NCBI GenBank assembly: GCA_963727525.1
Contig: CAVSGO010000005.1
Coordinates: 512,001-576,000, forward strand
Source: an uncultured bacterium
GTDB taxonomy: Bacteria > Krumholzibacteriota > Krumholzibacteriia > LZORAL124-64-63
DNA length: 64,000 nucleotides
Reading direction: 5' to 3'
Shown here: one piece after another, positions 25,086 through 34,874 of the stretch
How positions within the stretch are numbered: position 1 is the first letter of the stretch
Layout: every line of letters begins with the position of its first letter
Notes under the pieces: generated by a model
What the model saw: the letters and a program-made list of their open reading frames with translations, nothing else
Databases searched by the model: none
Told to the model about the DNA's origin: nothing
Position numbers and translations under genes: made by a program

Positions 25086-26291
25086 ATGGTTCCGGTGCCG
25101 GTGCCCGCGTTGCTCCTGGGCCAGGGGCTCACGCTCCTGGGAACGGTCCGCTGCTTCGGCCGCGCCGGCATACCCGCCTACGTGCTCACCGAGAGAGACC
25201 ACCTCGCCGTTACCTCGCGCTGGTATCGCCGCTGGCCCGGCGCGAGCATCGCGCCCTACGACTACACCGGGCTGACCGCCGTGCTGAGGAGGCTGGATCT
25301 GGAGCGCGCCGTCCTCGTGCCGTGCTCCGATCGCTGGGCCGAGGCGGTGGGCCACCTGGACGGCGACCTGGCTCGCCGATTCCCGAGTGTGGTCGCCGCG
25401 ACCGACGTGATCGAGATGCTGGTCGACAAGGGACGCTTCGGCCACCTGCTGACCGACGCCGCCATTCCCCATCCCCGCACCGTCGAGGTGAGTGCGCCGG
25501 CCGATCTCGACGGCGTCTCCGACGAGTTCCTCGCCGACGCCTTCCTCAAACCGCGCGATTCCGTGGCGTTCTATGACCGCTTCGGGCGCAAGGCCTTCGA
25601 TTTTGGCACGCGCGCCGAGGCGTCCGCGTTGCTGGAACGGACCCACGACCTGCGCCTGGCCATGCTCCTGCAGGAGTACATCCCCGGCCCGGCCGACCAC
25701 CACTATTTCATCGACGGTGTCGTGGCTCGAGAGGGCGGTGGCTTCCTGGTGCTCTTCGCGCGGCGGCGCCTGCGTATCCACCCGCCACGGTTCGGCAACA
25801 GCACGGCCCTGGTCAGCGTGCCGCTCGCCGAGGTCGACGGCGCGGTGGCCTCACTGGAAACCCTCGTGGCGCGGCTCGAACTGCGGGGCATCTTCAGCGC
25901 CGAGTTCAAGCGCGACGCCCGCGATGGCCGGTTCAAGCTGCTCGAGGTCAACCCACGTCCGTGGTGGTACGTCGAGTACGCCGCAACCTGCGGCGCCGAC
26001 GTCTGCGGGCCCGCCTTTCATGATGCGCTAGGCGCACCCGTCGCCGCGGCCGCGCCGTACAGGGTCGGCGTCCGGCTCGTCTACCCCTATTATGACTGGC
26101 CGGCGTGGCGACGCGGCGGAACGGCACAACAGGGCTCGTGGCCGTCGCTATTGAGATTCTGGATGGGCGCCACGCAACCGGAGTGGCGTCGCGACGATCC
26201 CTGGCCCGGTGTCACGGCGCTCGCGCAGCTCACGCGCGGCTGGATGCGGCGACGTGTGCGGCGCCTGATGCGAGGACGCAGCGGTGGGTAG
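25086..26291 (+). CDS. ATP-grasp carboxylate-amine ligase (D-aspartate-ligase-like)
   Basis: LVPCSD, DKGRF, FLKP, QEYIPG, EFKRDARDG.FKLLEVNPR. Confidence 0.85.
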   Translation: MVPVPVPALLLGQGLTLLGTVRCFGRAGIPAYVLTERDHLAVTSRWYRRWPGASIAPYDYTGLTAVLRRLDLERAVLVPCSDRWAEAVGHLDGDLARRFPSVVAATDVIEMLVDKGRFGHLLTDAAIPHPRTVEVSAPADLDGVSDEFLADAFLKPRDSVAFYDRFGRKAFDFGTRAEASALLERTHDLRLAMLLQEYIPGPADHHYFIDGVVAREGGGFLVLFARRRLRIHPPRFGNSTALVSVPLAEVDGAVASLETLVARLELRGIFSAEFKRDARDGRFKLLEVNPRPWWYVEYAATCGADVCGPAFHDALGAPVAAAAPYRVGVRLVYPYYDWPAWRRGGTAQQGSWPSLLRFWMGATQPEWRRDDPWPGVTALAQLTRGWMRRRVRRLMRGRSGG

Positions 26292-27321
26292 GGACCTGAC
26301 GACACGCATTCTGCGCGACGACGAGTACGAAACCTGGAACCGGTTCGTGGCTGAATCGCCGGCCGGCTCGCCGTACGCCAATACGGACTATCTCGACGTC
26401 CTCTGCTCCGTGGGCGGCGGCCGCTTCCGGGTGCTCGTCGCCGAGCAGGGCGGCGAGATCGCCGGCGGCATCGCCCTCTACGAACGCGGTTCGCGCTGGG
26501 GCGTGATCCTGGAGCCGCGCCTGCTCCTGCAGTACAACGGCTTCGTCCTACGTACACCGCGGTCGCAGTACCCCTCCGAGATCACCGCGTTCGACGTCAA
26601 GGTGCTCACCGCCCTCGGCGAGGTCATCGCCCGCACGCCGTACGCGCTCCGCGCCGTCAAGAGCCGCTCGCCTGTCGCGGATGGCCGGGCCCTCGAGCAG
26701 CTCGGCTGGAACATCTGGCCCACGTACACCTATGTCGTGCCCCTGGATGACCTGGAGCGCCAGTGGGGTCTGGTGGAACGGAACCTGCGCCGGCTCGTGA
26801 AGCGCGCCGAGCAGGAAGGGCTCGTCTGTACCGAGGACGACGACTTCGACGCCTTCTACCGCCTGCACCGGGACACTCACCAGCGCAAGGGCGCCCCGCT
26901 CTACCTGCCCGAAATCGCGTTCCGCACCTTTGTCGAGCGCCTGCGCGCCCTGGGCTACTGCCGCCTCTTCCACGCCCGCACGGCCGATGGCCGGTCCATC
27001 GCCTCGCAACTCGTCCTGGTCGGCGCCCATCCGGTCTCGCACACGGTGTCCGCGTCGGCCGACGGCGAGCTGCAGAAGCTGGGCGCGAACCCGTTCCTAC
27101 GCTGGCGAGCCTTCGAGGCGCTCGCAGCCGCCGGGTCGGTGGCCAACGACCTCACGGACGCGTCGCTTAACCCCGTCACCCACTTCAAGAGCCAGCTCGG
27201 CGGTCGCCTGGAGACTTGCCTCGCCGCGGTGGCGCCGCGCAGCCGCAAAGTGCGCGCGGGCCACGCCGCGGAGAACCTCGCGCGCCGGATCCTCGCGCCG
27301 TTGCGGCGGGGTGGCGCATGA
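26284..27321 (+). CDS. FemAB-like GNAT acyltransferase
   Basis: WNRFV..SP, YTYVVPL, RRLVKRA, HFKSQLGG; overlaps neighbouring genes. Confidence 0.75.
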   Translation: MGRDLTTRILRDDEYETWNRFVAESPAGSPYANTDYLDVLCSVGGGRFRVLVAEQGGEIAGGIALYERGSRWGVILEPRLLLQYNGFVLRTPRSQYPSEITAFDVKVLTALGEVIARTPYALRAVKSRSPVADGRALEQLGWNIWPTYTYVVPLDDLERQWGLVERNLRRLVKRAEQEGLVCTEDDDFDAFYRLHRDTHQRKGAPLYLPEIAFRTFVERLRALGYCRLFHARTADGRSIASQLVLVGAHPVSHTVSASADGELQKLGANPFLRWRAFEALAAAGSVANDLTDASLNPVTHFKSQLGGRLETCLAAVAPRSRKVRAGHAAENLARRILAPLRRGGA

Positions 27322-29045
27322 GCGCGCTATACGGGGCCGAGTTGCTGGCGACCGCGCTCGAGCGCGCCGGCGTGACCCACGTGTTCGGCCTGCCCGGCAC
27401 GCAGAACGCGGCGCTGTTTCCCGCCCTCGCCCGCACGTCCATACGCGTGGTGATGACCGGCAGCGAGCTGATGGCCGCGTTCATGGCCAACGGCTTCTTC
27501 CGCGCCGGTGGCGGCGTGCCCGTGGTGGCTGCCATCCCCGGCCCCGGATTCACCTATGCGCTGACAGGTTTCGCGGAGGCGGCGCACGATAGCGCCGCGC
27601 TCGTGCTCCTGACCGGAGTGCCGGGCCACCGCGAAGGCAAGCGCTTCGACCTTCAGGCGCTCGACCAGGTGGGCATGGTTCGGGGCCTGGCGAAGCGCAC
27701 GCTCAGGCTCGATCAGGTCGAGGATACCATGCCCGTCGTGGCGGATGCCTTGTCCGCCGCCACCTCTCGCGGCCCGGGCCCCGTGCTGCTGGAGGTGGAC
27801 CATGGCCTGCTCGTGGCACCGGCACCTGCCGACGCGCAATCCGGCTTCATGGTCGAACCGCTCGCCCGTGCCGACGACGCCGAGCTCGGCAAGATCGTGG
27901 TCGCCCTGCGCGCGGCGCGCCGGGTCGTGGTGATCGCGGGACAGGGCACTGCGGACTGTGCGGACGACCTGGCGGCGTTCGTCGCACGCCGGCCATCGAT
28001 GGTCATGACGACGGTGTCGGCCCGCGGCGTGCTGCCAGAATCGCATCCGTGGTCGCTCGCCCACGACTTTCTCGCCTGCAGCGTGGCGGAGACCAATCGC
28101 CTGCTCGCCGAGGCCGATCTCGTGCTCGTGCTGGGCTGCCGCACCTCGCACAACGGAACGGGTGGGTACGGGCTGCAGTTGCCCGAGGCATGCACCGTGC
28201 ACGTGGATCTCGATCCGGACGTGCTCGGCGCGAACTATACGCCACGCTGGGCCGTGCGCGCCCCGGTCGCCGACGTCCTGACGCGCCTGCTCGCCGCGCT
28301 CGCCAAGGGCGAACCGTGCGGCTCCGACTGGTCGCCGGACGACGTGGCGCGGTGGTGCCGGTCGCTGCGGGAGAACTGCGTCGACCATCCGCCCGAGCCG
28401 GCGTTTCCTGGCGTGCCGGAAGGGACGGCCGCGGCGTTCTTCGCGGCGCTCCAGTCGGTGTTGCCGGACAACGCGATCCTCGTGACCGACACCGGCCTCC
28501 ACCAGATCATGGCCCGCACCCATCTGCGCGTGGAGCACCCGCGGGGCCTGCTCGTCCCCGCCGACTTCCAGTCGATGGGTTTCGGGCTGCCGGCGGCGAT
28601 CGGCGCCGCGCTCGCCGCGCCACGTCGCCGGGTCGTGGCCATCCTGGGCGACGGCGGCCTGATGATGGCGGGCCTCGAGCTCGCCACGGCCGTGCGCGAG
28701 CGCGTCGACCTCACTGCCATCGTACTGTGCGACGGCCACCTCGGTCAGATCCGCGCCCAGCAGATCGGTGCCGGCGCCGGCGAGGCCGCGGTGGCGCTCG
28801 CCGGTCTGGATCTCGCCGCCCTGGCCGCCACCACGGGGGCTCGGTACGAGAGCGTCGCCGGCGACGCGGCGGCCGACCTGAGCCGCGCACTCGCGACGAA
28901 GGGTGTCGTGCTGGTCGCGGTGCCCCTGGGCGACTCGCAGGCCATGCGCCGCGCGCAGTGGCGAGGCAAGGCGCGCGGCAAGGCGCGGCGATTCCTGGGG
29001 CGCCGCGGCATCGATATCGTGCGCAAGCTTCTGCGCCGTCCCTAG
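27318..29045 (+). CDS. Thiamine-pyrophosphate-dependent enzyme (acetolactate synthase-like)
   Basis: VFGLPG, E..AAFMA, PGPGF, SMGFGLPAAIGA, GDGG TPP motif; ATGA overlap. Confidence 0.9.
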   Translation: MSALYGAELLATALERAGVTHVFGLPGTQNAALFPALARTSIRVVMTGSELMAAFMANGFFRAGGGVPVVAAIPGPGFTYALTGFAEAAHDSAALVLLTGVPGHREGKRFDLQALDQVGMVRGLAKRTLRLDQVEDTMPVVADALSAATSRGPGPVLLEVDHGLLVAPAPADAQSGFMVEPLARADDAELGKIVVALRAARRVVVIAGQGTADCADDLAAFVARRPSMVMTTVSARGVLPESHPWSLAHDFLACSVAETNRLLAEADLVLVLGCRTSHNGTGGYGLQLPEACTVHVDLDPDVLGANYTPRWAVRAPVADVLTRLLAALAKGEPCGSDWSPDDVARWCRSLRENCVDHPPEPAFPGVPEGTAAAFFAALQSVLPDNAILVTDTGLHQIMARTHLRVEHPRGLLVPADFQSMGFGLPAAIGAALAAPRRRVVAILGDGGLMMAGLELATAVRERVDLTAIVLCDGHLGQIRAQQIGAGAGEAAVALAGLDLAALAATTGARYESVAGDAAADLSRALATKGVVLVAVPLGDSQAMRRAQWRGKARGKARRFLGRRGIDIVRKLLRRP

Positions 29046-29101
29046 CGGACGCGGCAATGACAACTCCACGAGCACCGATCTGATTGTTAATGCTGGAACA
29101 T

Positions 29102-29127
29102 CTTACAACCGGCTGTAAGTTTTTATT
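29102..29127 (+). terminator. Candidate intrinsic terminator
   Basis: CTTACA-ACCGGC-TGTAAG followed by TTTTTATT. Confidence 0.45.
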
Positions 29128-29193
29128 CCCTGAGACAAGTAATATCATGAAAGTTGAGAAACTTGCAGCGTCACGCCGCACTCTGCCTATGGT

Positions 29194-30093
29194 CTACCCA
29201 CGCAGTCGCAGGACCGGCCGGGCCAGCGTGCGCGCCAGGCCGACCCAGCTCGACGGCACCAGCGGATCCATCCCGATGCTCCGCCAGTAGTAGCCGAGCC
29301 CCCGCCGCCAATCATGCCGTGCGTAGACGCCACCGCGTTGCGCGTAGCTGTAGGCGAGGGCGGCGCGCACCGCCGACCGCGGGATCCCGTCGCCATGGCG
29401 CGCCAGAAAATCCGCGAGAAGCTTCTCGCAGCAATCCAGCCGCACGAGCGCCTGCCGCGACATCTGATCGCCATGCCCGATCCGGTAGTGCATGAGCCGC
29501 TCGTCCACCCAGTCGAATTCGCAGCGCAGCGAGAGCCGCAACCATAGATCCCAGTCGATCGCCATGGCGAGAGTCTCGTCGAATCCCGCCACCTGCTCTA
29601 GCAGATCGCGCCGGACCACGGCTGACGAGAAGGGGATCATGTTGTCGAAGAGCAGCGCCGTCGTGAGGTCGCCCGCGCGCGGCACACGATGCCGCGTCGG
29701 CTCCGGCGGCACGCGCGTGGAACCGTCGGCCGCGAGAAACAGCCCGCGGGAGTAGACCACCCCCACCTCGGGCCGATCGAACAGCGGCACCTGCTTTTCC
29801 AGCTTCGCGAGATCCCAGCGATCATCCGCATCGAGAAACGCCACGAGGGGATGCGTCGCGAGCCGGATGCCGTGGTTCTTGGCCGCCGACTGCCCCGCGT
29901 TGCTCTGGCGGACGTACCGGAACCGCGCGTCATCGAACCAGCGCGCCGCCACCTGCGGCGTGTCATCGGTGGACCCGTCGTCGATGAGCACCACCTCGAC
30001 GTCGCGGTGCGTCTGGCCAAGCGCCGACTCCACGGCATCGGGCAGGAACCGGGCGTAGTTGTAGCACGTCACCACGATGCTCACGGGTGTCAC
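29194..30093 (-). CDS. Glycosyltransferase family 2
   Basis: VSIVVTCYN, DDGSTD, FLDADD, DWDLWLR. Confidence 0.93.
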   Translation of the reverse strand: MTPVSIVVTCYNYARFLPDAVESALGQTHRDVEVVLIDDGSTDDTPQVAARWFDDARFRYVRQSNAGQSAAKNHGIRLATHPLVAFLDADDRWDLAKLEKQVPLFDRPEVGVVYSRGLFLAADGSTRVPPEPTRHRVPRAGDLTTALLFDNMIPFSSAVVRRDLLEQVAGFDETLAMAIDWDLWLRLSLRCEFDWVDERLMHYRIGHGDQMSRQALVRLDCCEKLLADFLARHGDGIPRSAVRAALAYSYAQRGGVYARHDWRRGLGYYWRSIGMDPLVPSSWVGLARTLARPVLRLRG

Positions 30094-30151
30094 GTTCTAC
30101 CTCCGGGGTCAGTATACCACGGCGCCGAGAACGCTCCTTGCCGCAGCGTCG

Positions 30152-31600
30152 TCACTCCGCTTCCAGCAGATCCCTCAGATTCCGCAGCGTGACCAGGATC
30201 TCGTCGGGGAGGCGCAGGAGCTTGCCGGTGGCAGGGTCCCAGACCGCGGCGCGGTCGTCGGCCACCAAGCGGCCGATGACGACCTGGAACCGATGTCCGT
30301 CTGGAGACCAGGCGGTGATGGTGGTGCGCCGCTCCGGCGCGAGCGGGTCGCCTGGCGACGGGTCGAGGACCGCGGTGGCGGGGAGGCGGTCGAGGGTGAC
30401 CTGGACGTCGTGGACGTAGTTGTTGCCGATCGCCTGGGCCATGCGCAGGTGGTAACCAGGGGGATCGGTGGCACGCCAGGCGCCGGCGGAGTCGGGGCGG
30501 GCGCGGCCCCAGAGCACGGGAGCGCCGGGCTGATCGAGGTGGAAGGAGTCGGCGGTCGCCAGACGGAAGGTGAAGGCACCCATGTCAACGAGGGCGGATG
30601 CGGGCAGTTCCACGGTGTTCAGGGCCGTGGACGACGTCTTCAGCACCGTCCGCAGCCGGCGCACCCACAATTCGTGATCGGGCTGGCCCTCGCCCAGGTC
30701 GACCACGTACGGCTGATCGGGCCGCGAGCCGAGCACCAGGGTCACCCGGCGGTAGAACGGATCGAGTCCCACCTGCGCGGGGAAGCCGGGATCCGCATCC
30801 AGCGGCAGGAACTCCTTCACCACGTTCGCGCTCACCTCGTAGACGAGGCTGGCCAGCGCACGGCTGTCGCCGAGCAGCCAGGTGACGCCGTTCTCCTCGC
30901 GGCGCCGGTCCTCGTAGAGCGACTGGTAGCGGGCGATGGCGGCGCCATATACGGCGACACCGGCGTCAGGCACGCGCACCCACCAGCGACCGTCGTGGCG
31001 CGCGATCACGGTGGCATGGGTGGCGCCGCGGCCACGCAGGCGCAGTGTATCCACGTCATCGCGCGCGAACGGCGGCAGGATGGTGGTCATCCGCACGCCA
31101 TCGGGCAATTCATTCCACAGGTCGTGCAGAGCCGCGGTCACGGGAAACACGCCGCTGCGGCCAAGGCCGCGGGCGTAGCAGAGGCCGGTCACGGGATTGA
31201 CGGCGCCGAAGGCAAGGCGCAGCGGCGTGCCGTCGGTGAAGTGCAGCGCGATCTCGAGCGAACCTTCGCCCCCGAAGCCGAAGCGGCTCGCGTCCTCCAC
31301 CGAGCCGGGGATGACGGCCCCGCCGGTGGCATCGGTGAGCGAGCCGAGGTAGCGCGCCACGCGGGTGGAATCGACATAGTCGGTCACGGCGCCGGTGAGG
31401 CGCCAGTGCGTACCCTCGTGCTCGACGGTGGTCGTACCCACCGGCTTGCGGATCTCCATGGCCGTGAGCCGCTCTGGCAGGCGTGCCAGGAGCGCGCCGC
31501 CCGCGTCGGGGCCCGTGGCGCCCGTCCCGCCGCCCGACCAGCGCCAAAGCGCCACTGCCGCCACGAGCACGATCGGGATCAGGACGATACGCCAGCGCAT
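30152..31600 (-). CDS. DUF4340-like periplasmic ABC-transporter accessory protein
   Basis: N-terminal anchor; repeated W...D...L..L...FGL...FG units; last gene of the GldA/F/G-like operon. Confidence 0.65.
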   Translation of the reverse strand: MRWRIVLIPIVLVAAVALWRWSGGGTGATGPDAGGALLARLPERLTAMEIRKPVGTTTVEHEGTHWRLTGAVTDYVDSTRVARYLGSLTDATGGAVIPGSVEDASRFGFGGEGSLEIALHFTDGTPLRLAFGAVNPVTGLCYARGLGRSGVFPVTAALHDLWNELPDGVRMTTILPPFARDDVDTLRLRGRGATHATVIARHDGRWWVRVPDAGVAVYGAAIARYQSLYEDRRREENGVTWLLGDSRALASLVYEVSANVVKEFLPLDADPGFPAQVGLDPFYRRVTLVLGSRPDQPYVVDLGEGQPDHELWVRRLRTVLKTSSTALNTVELPASALVDMGAFTFRLATADSFHLDQPGAPVLWGRARPDSAGAWRATDPPGYHLRMAQAIGNNYVHDVQVTLDRLPATAVLDPSPGDPLAPERRTTITAWSPDGHRFQVVIGRLVADDRAAVWDPATGKLLRLPDEILVTLRNLRDLLEAE

Positions 31601-31610
31601 ATGATCCCCC

Positions 31611-33902
31611 TCAGCGCCTTCGCCGGTGGCGCAGCACGATTCCCACGCTCACGCCCCCTACGAGCAACGGCCACCCCAGCGCGCAGATCCAGCCGATCAG
31701 CACCGATCGTCGGTGCTCCAGCAGCAACGGCTGGAAGCTGCCTCGCCGCGCGCGCAGGTTGATCAGGACGTCCTCCTGTACGAGCCAGTTGACCATGTTG
31801 AGCAGGAGGTCGCGATTGCCGTAGAGATCGAGATTGGCATTGGAGATGAACTCGCTGTTGCCAACCACGACCAGCCTTCCGGACTGCTGTTCCCCAAAGA
31901 GCGACTCGCCGGCCTGCTCCCGGAGGTCGCGCTTTCGCATGGCGCGGTTTATCTGGTCGGGCATGCTCTGCGATTCGGGCACGTCGCGGCGCGGGCCGTC
32001 GGCGACGCGTTCGCTTCCGGTGGAATCGGCGCTCGCGATCTCCAGGGCCACGGCCAGGGGCAGCGGCCCGAGCAGGTCGCGGCCATTCTGGAAGATGGGC
32101 TTGCCGGAGAACTTGGTGTCGGGATCGCGGTCGCCCCAGGCGCCCTGCTCGCTGAGCAGGAACACCTGGCCGCTGATGCGGGGCAGCGACGCCTGCACCG
32201 GATGCAGCGATTGCGCCATGGGCAGCACGGTCGCCACGCCATGCATCGATTCCACGATCGGGTGGTCGGTGTAGCCACGGTCCACCACCACCGCCGACCG
32301 CAAGCCCACGCCCGCGAGATCCGACTGCTCACGCGTGGCGACGATGACGTCGCCCTCGAGCTTGACGTTGTAATCCTGCGTCCACGCGCGCACCGACTCC
32401 GGCGTGGGCGGGTCGCAGAGCACGAGCATCGCGCCGCCGCGGTCGAGGTAGGCGTCGAGGGCCGCCAGCTCGCCCGACGAGAAGTCGAGCTTGGGGCCGG
32501 CGATGATCAACAGATCGAAGTTGCGCGGCACCTCGAGGCGGTCGGGCAGCAGCAGCGAACGGAGCTGGTAGCCATTGGCGGCGAGCAGGTCGGCCACGGA
32601 CGAGTAACCGGCACGCTGGGTACCGTCGAGCAGGTGCTCGCCGTGGCCCAGCACGTAGCCCACGGTGGGGCGAGTGTTGGTGGCAAGCCGGTAGATCATG
32701 TTGATGAGTTGCCCCTCGTCGGGCTCGAGCATGCCCTGGCGGCGGTCGCCCACCTGCACCACCACGGTGCGCGCCACTGCCACACGATCCTGCTTCACCA
32801 GCTCGGGCTCGCTCTCGGGATCGATCATCCGGTAGTGCACGCGCGACGAGCGATTGGAAAGCGACTGCAGCAGTACCTCCATGCCGCTGCGCGCGGGATC
32901 CAGCGGCTGGTAGAATGCGCGGATCTCCACGTTGTCCACCGGCGCCACGCGATCGGTGCCCGGTACGGGCAACGGCTGGTCGAGCGCATCGAGCACCTGC
33001 ACCGTCTGCGGGGCCAGGCTATAACGGCTGTTGGGCGTGAGATCCACGGCCAGAGGCCGCCGTATCGCCACGATCTGCGCGAAGATGGCCACCCCGAGCA
33101 GCACCAGTGTCGGCCACCAGCCGCGCAGCCGCCGGCGCGCCGGTTGCTTGGTGCCGCCGAGCACGGCCGTCGCCGCCGCCAGGCCCACCACGGTGAGTCC
33201 CACGTAATAAACGACGTCGCGCGAATCGATCGTGCCGCGCGAGAAACGCACGAAGTGGTCGCCCAGCGCCAGTTCCTGAGCGATGCGAGCCATCAGCCCG
33301 GGCAGGTGCGGCGCCAGGGCCCCCATCACGAACAGCGCGATGCCACTGCCGAAACTGAGGACGTAGCTCACCACCTGGTATGGGAAGAGCGCCGAGAACA
33401 CCAGTCCCCAGGCCGACACCGCCGCACTCACGAGCACGAGGCCGAGGGCCGCCACCAGCACGGGGCCCACCTCCGGCTTGCCCAGCACGCTCACGACGCC
33501 GAAATAGAATCCGCTGGCAACGATGAGCACCACGGCCACCGCCACGGCCGAGAGCCACTTGCCCAGGACCCAGGTGCGGTCGGGCACCGGCCAGCTCATG
33601 ATCAGATCGAAGCGACCGGATCGTAGTTCCCCGCTGAGCAACCGCATCGTGACGGCCGGCAGCAGGAAGAGCAGGAAGATGATCATGTCGGTGACGAGCG
33701 GCCGGAACACGCCCTCGGTGAAATTGAGGAAGCCGCCGCGCCCGCTGCGCACGGCCACCAGGCTCGACTCGGCGTAGCCCAGCAGGAAGAGCGTGAAGAA
33801 CAGACCGGCGAGGGCCAGGAAGCCGATGATCACCACCGGCGCCATCGCGCTGTGGAAGAAGGCCGCGATCTCGCGCCGCGCGATCGCCAGCGTCTGCTTC
33901 AC
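31611..33902 (-). CDS. ABC-2 permease (GldF-like) fused to GldG-like auxiliary domain
   Basis: IARRE..AFF.S, PAVTMRL..E.RSG, VLGK, F.RG.ID.RDV.YY; then DLT...YSL, GHGE, RLVVVGN, N.DL..N.VNWL; GTGA overlap. Confidence 0.88.
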   Translation of the reverse strand: MKQTLAIARREIAAFFHSAMAPVVIIGFLALAGLFFTLFLLGYAESSLVAVRSGRGGFLNFTEGVFRPLVTDMIIFLLFLLPAVTMRLLSGELRSGRFDLIMSWPVPDRTWVLGKWLSAVAVAVVLIVASGFYFGVVSVLGKPEVGPVLVAALGLVLVSAAVSAWGLVFSALFPYQVVSYVLSFGSGIALFVMGALAPHLPGLMARIAQELALGDHFVRFSRGTIDSRDVVYYVGLTVVGLAAATAVLGGTKQPARRRLRGWWPTLVLLGVAIFAQIVAIRRPLAVDLTPNSRYSLAPQTVQVLDALDQPLPVPGTDRVAPVDNVEIRAFYQPLDPARSGMEVLLQSLSNRSSRVHYRMIDPESEPELVKQDRVAVARTVVVQVGDRRQGMLEPDEGQLINMIYRLATNTRPTVGYVLGHGEHLLDGTQRAGYSSVADLLAANGYQLRSLLLPDRLEVPRNFDLLIIAGPKLDFSSGELAALDAYLDRGGAMLVLCDPPTPESVRAWTQDYNVKLEGDVIVATREQSDLAGVGLRSAVVVDRGYTDHPIVESMHGVATVLPMAQSLHPVQASLPRISGQVFLLSEQGAWGDRDPDTKFSGKPIFQNGRDLLGPLPLAVALEIASADSTGSERVADGPRRDVPESQSMPDQINRAMRKRDLREQAGESLFGEQQSGRLVVVGNSEFISNANLDLYGNRDLLLNMVNWLVQEDVLINLRARRGSFQPLLLEHRRSVLIGWICALGWPLLVGGVSVGIVLRHRRRR

Positions 33903-34864
33903 GGCTGCTCCTTCGCGCTGCTGCCGCGCTCGGGCCTCACCGGCCGCTCGCCGCCGGTGAGGCGCAGGAAGAGATCCTCGAGCGTGGGGCCGTGGTCCTC
34001 CATGCGCTGCAGCCGGCCGCCCGCCGCGAGCAGAGCATCCACGAGCCGCGGTTTGACCTCCGCAGGATCGCCCAACACCACGACCTCGGCTCCGTCGTCG
34101 GTGGGCCGCGCCGACGCCACACCCGCCACGGCACCGAGCGCCGCGAGCACGGCATCGCGCGCGCCGTCCCAGGTGAGGGTCACGACATGGTGCTGATCGC
34201 GCAACTGCGTCAGGCTGGATGCACGTTCCTCGCACACGAGACGGCCACGATCCAGGATGAGCACGCGGTCGCACACCTGGCTCACCTCGGTAAGGATGTG
34301 GCTGGACAGCAGCACCGTCTTGTGGCCGCGGAACTCGCGGATCAGCTCGCGGATCTCGACGATCTGGTGGGGATCGAGGCCGGCGGTGGGTTCGTCGAGG
34401 ATCAGCACCGGCGGATCGCCCACCAGCGCCTGCGCCAGCCCCACCCGCTGGCGGTAGCCCTTCGACAGGTGCCCCACGAGCTTGTGCCGCACGTCGCCAA
34501 TGCCCACCTGCTCGGCGATGGCGTCGAGTTGCGACTCGCGTTCGCCGCGCGGCACGCCCTTGAGATCGGCGACGAAGCGCAGCAGGTCGAGCACCGGTGT
34601 TTCGGGATAGAGAGGCGCATTTTCGGGCATGAAGCCGATGAGGCGACGCACCGCGAGCGATGCCGTCTGCACATCCTCGCCCCCCACGCGTACGCGCCCG
34701 GCCGTGGGCGCCAGACTACCGGTGATGATCTTCATGCACGTGGACTTGCCCGCGCCGTTGGGACCGAGGAATCCGGCCACCTCGCCCACCTCCACGACGA
34801 AGCTCACCCCATCGAGTGCGAGGGTGTCGCCGTAGCGTCGGCTGAGGTGGTCGACCTCGATCAT
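33899..34864 (-). CDS. ABC transporter ATP-binding protein (GldA-like)
   Basis: GPNGAGKST, LSKGYRQRVGLAQA, ILDEPT.GLDP.Q, SSHIL. Confidence 0.93.
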   Translation of the reverse strand: MIEVDHLSRRYGDTLALDGVSFVVEVGEVAGFLGPNGAGKSTCMKIITGSLAPTAGRVRVGGEDVQTASLAVRRLIGFMPENAPLYPETPVLDLLRFVADLKGVPRGERESQLDAIAEQVGIGDVRHKLVGHLSKGYRQRVGLAQALVGDPPVLILDEPTAGLDPHQIVEIRELIREFRGHKTVLLSSHILTEVSQVCDRVLILDRGRLVCEERASSLTQLRDQHHVVTLTWDGARDAVLAALGAVAGVASARPTDDGAEVVVLGDPAEVKPRLVDALLAAGGRLQRMEDHGPTLEDLFLRLTGGERPVRPERGSSAKEQP

Positions 34865-34874
34865 CGGGATACCG

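Noticed and set aside
29075-29170. AT-rich patch between convergent genes as a foreign insertion or att site
   Set aside because: Short, with no repeats or integrase nearby; explained by a terminator-like hairpin.
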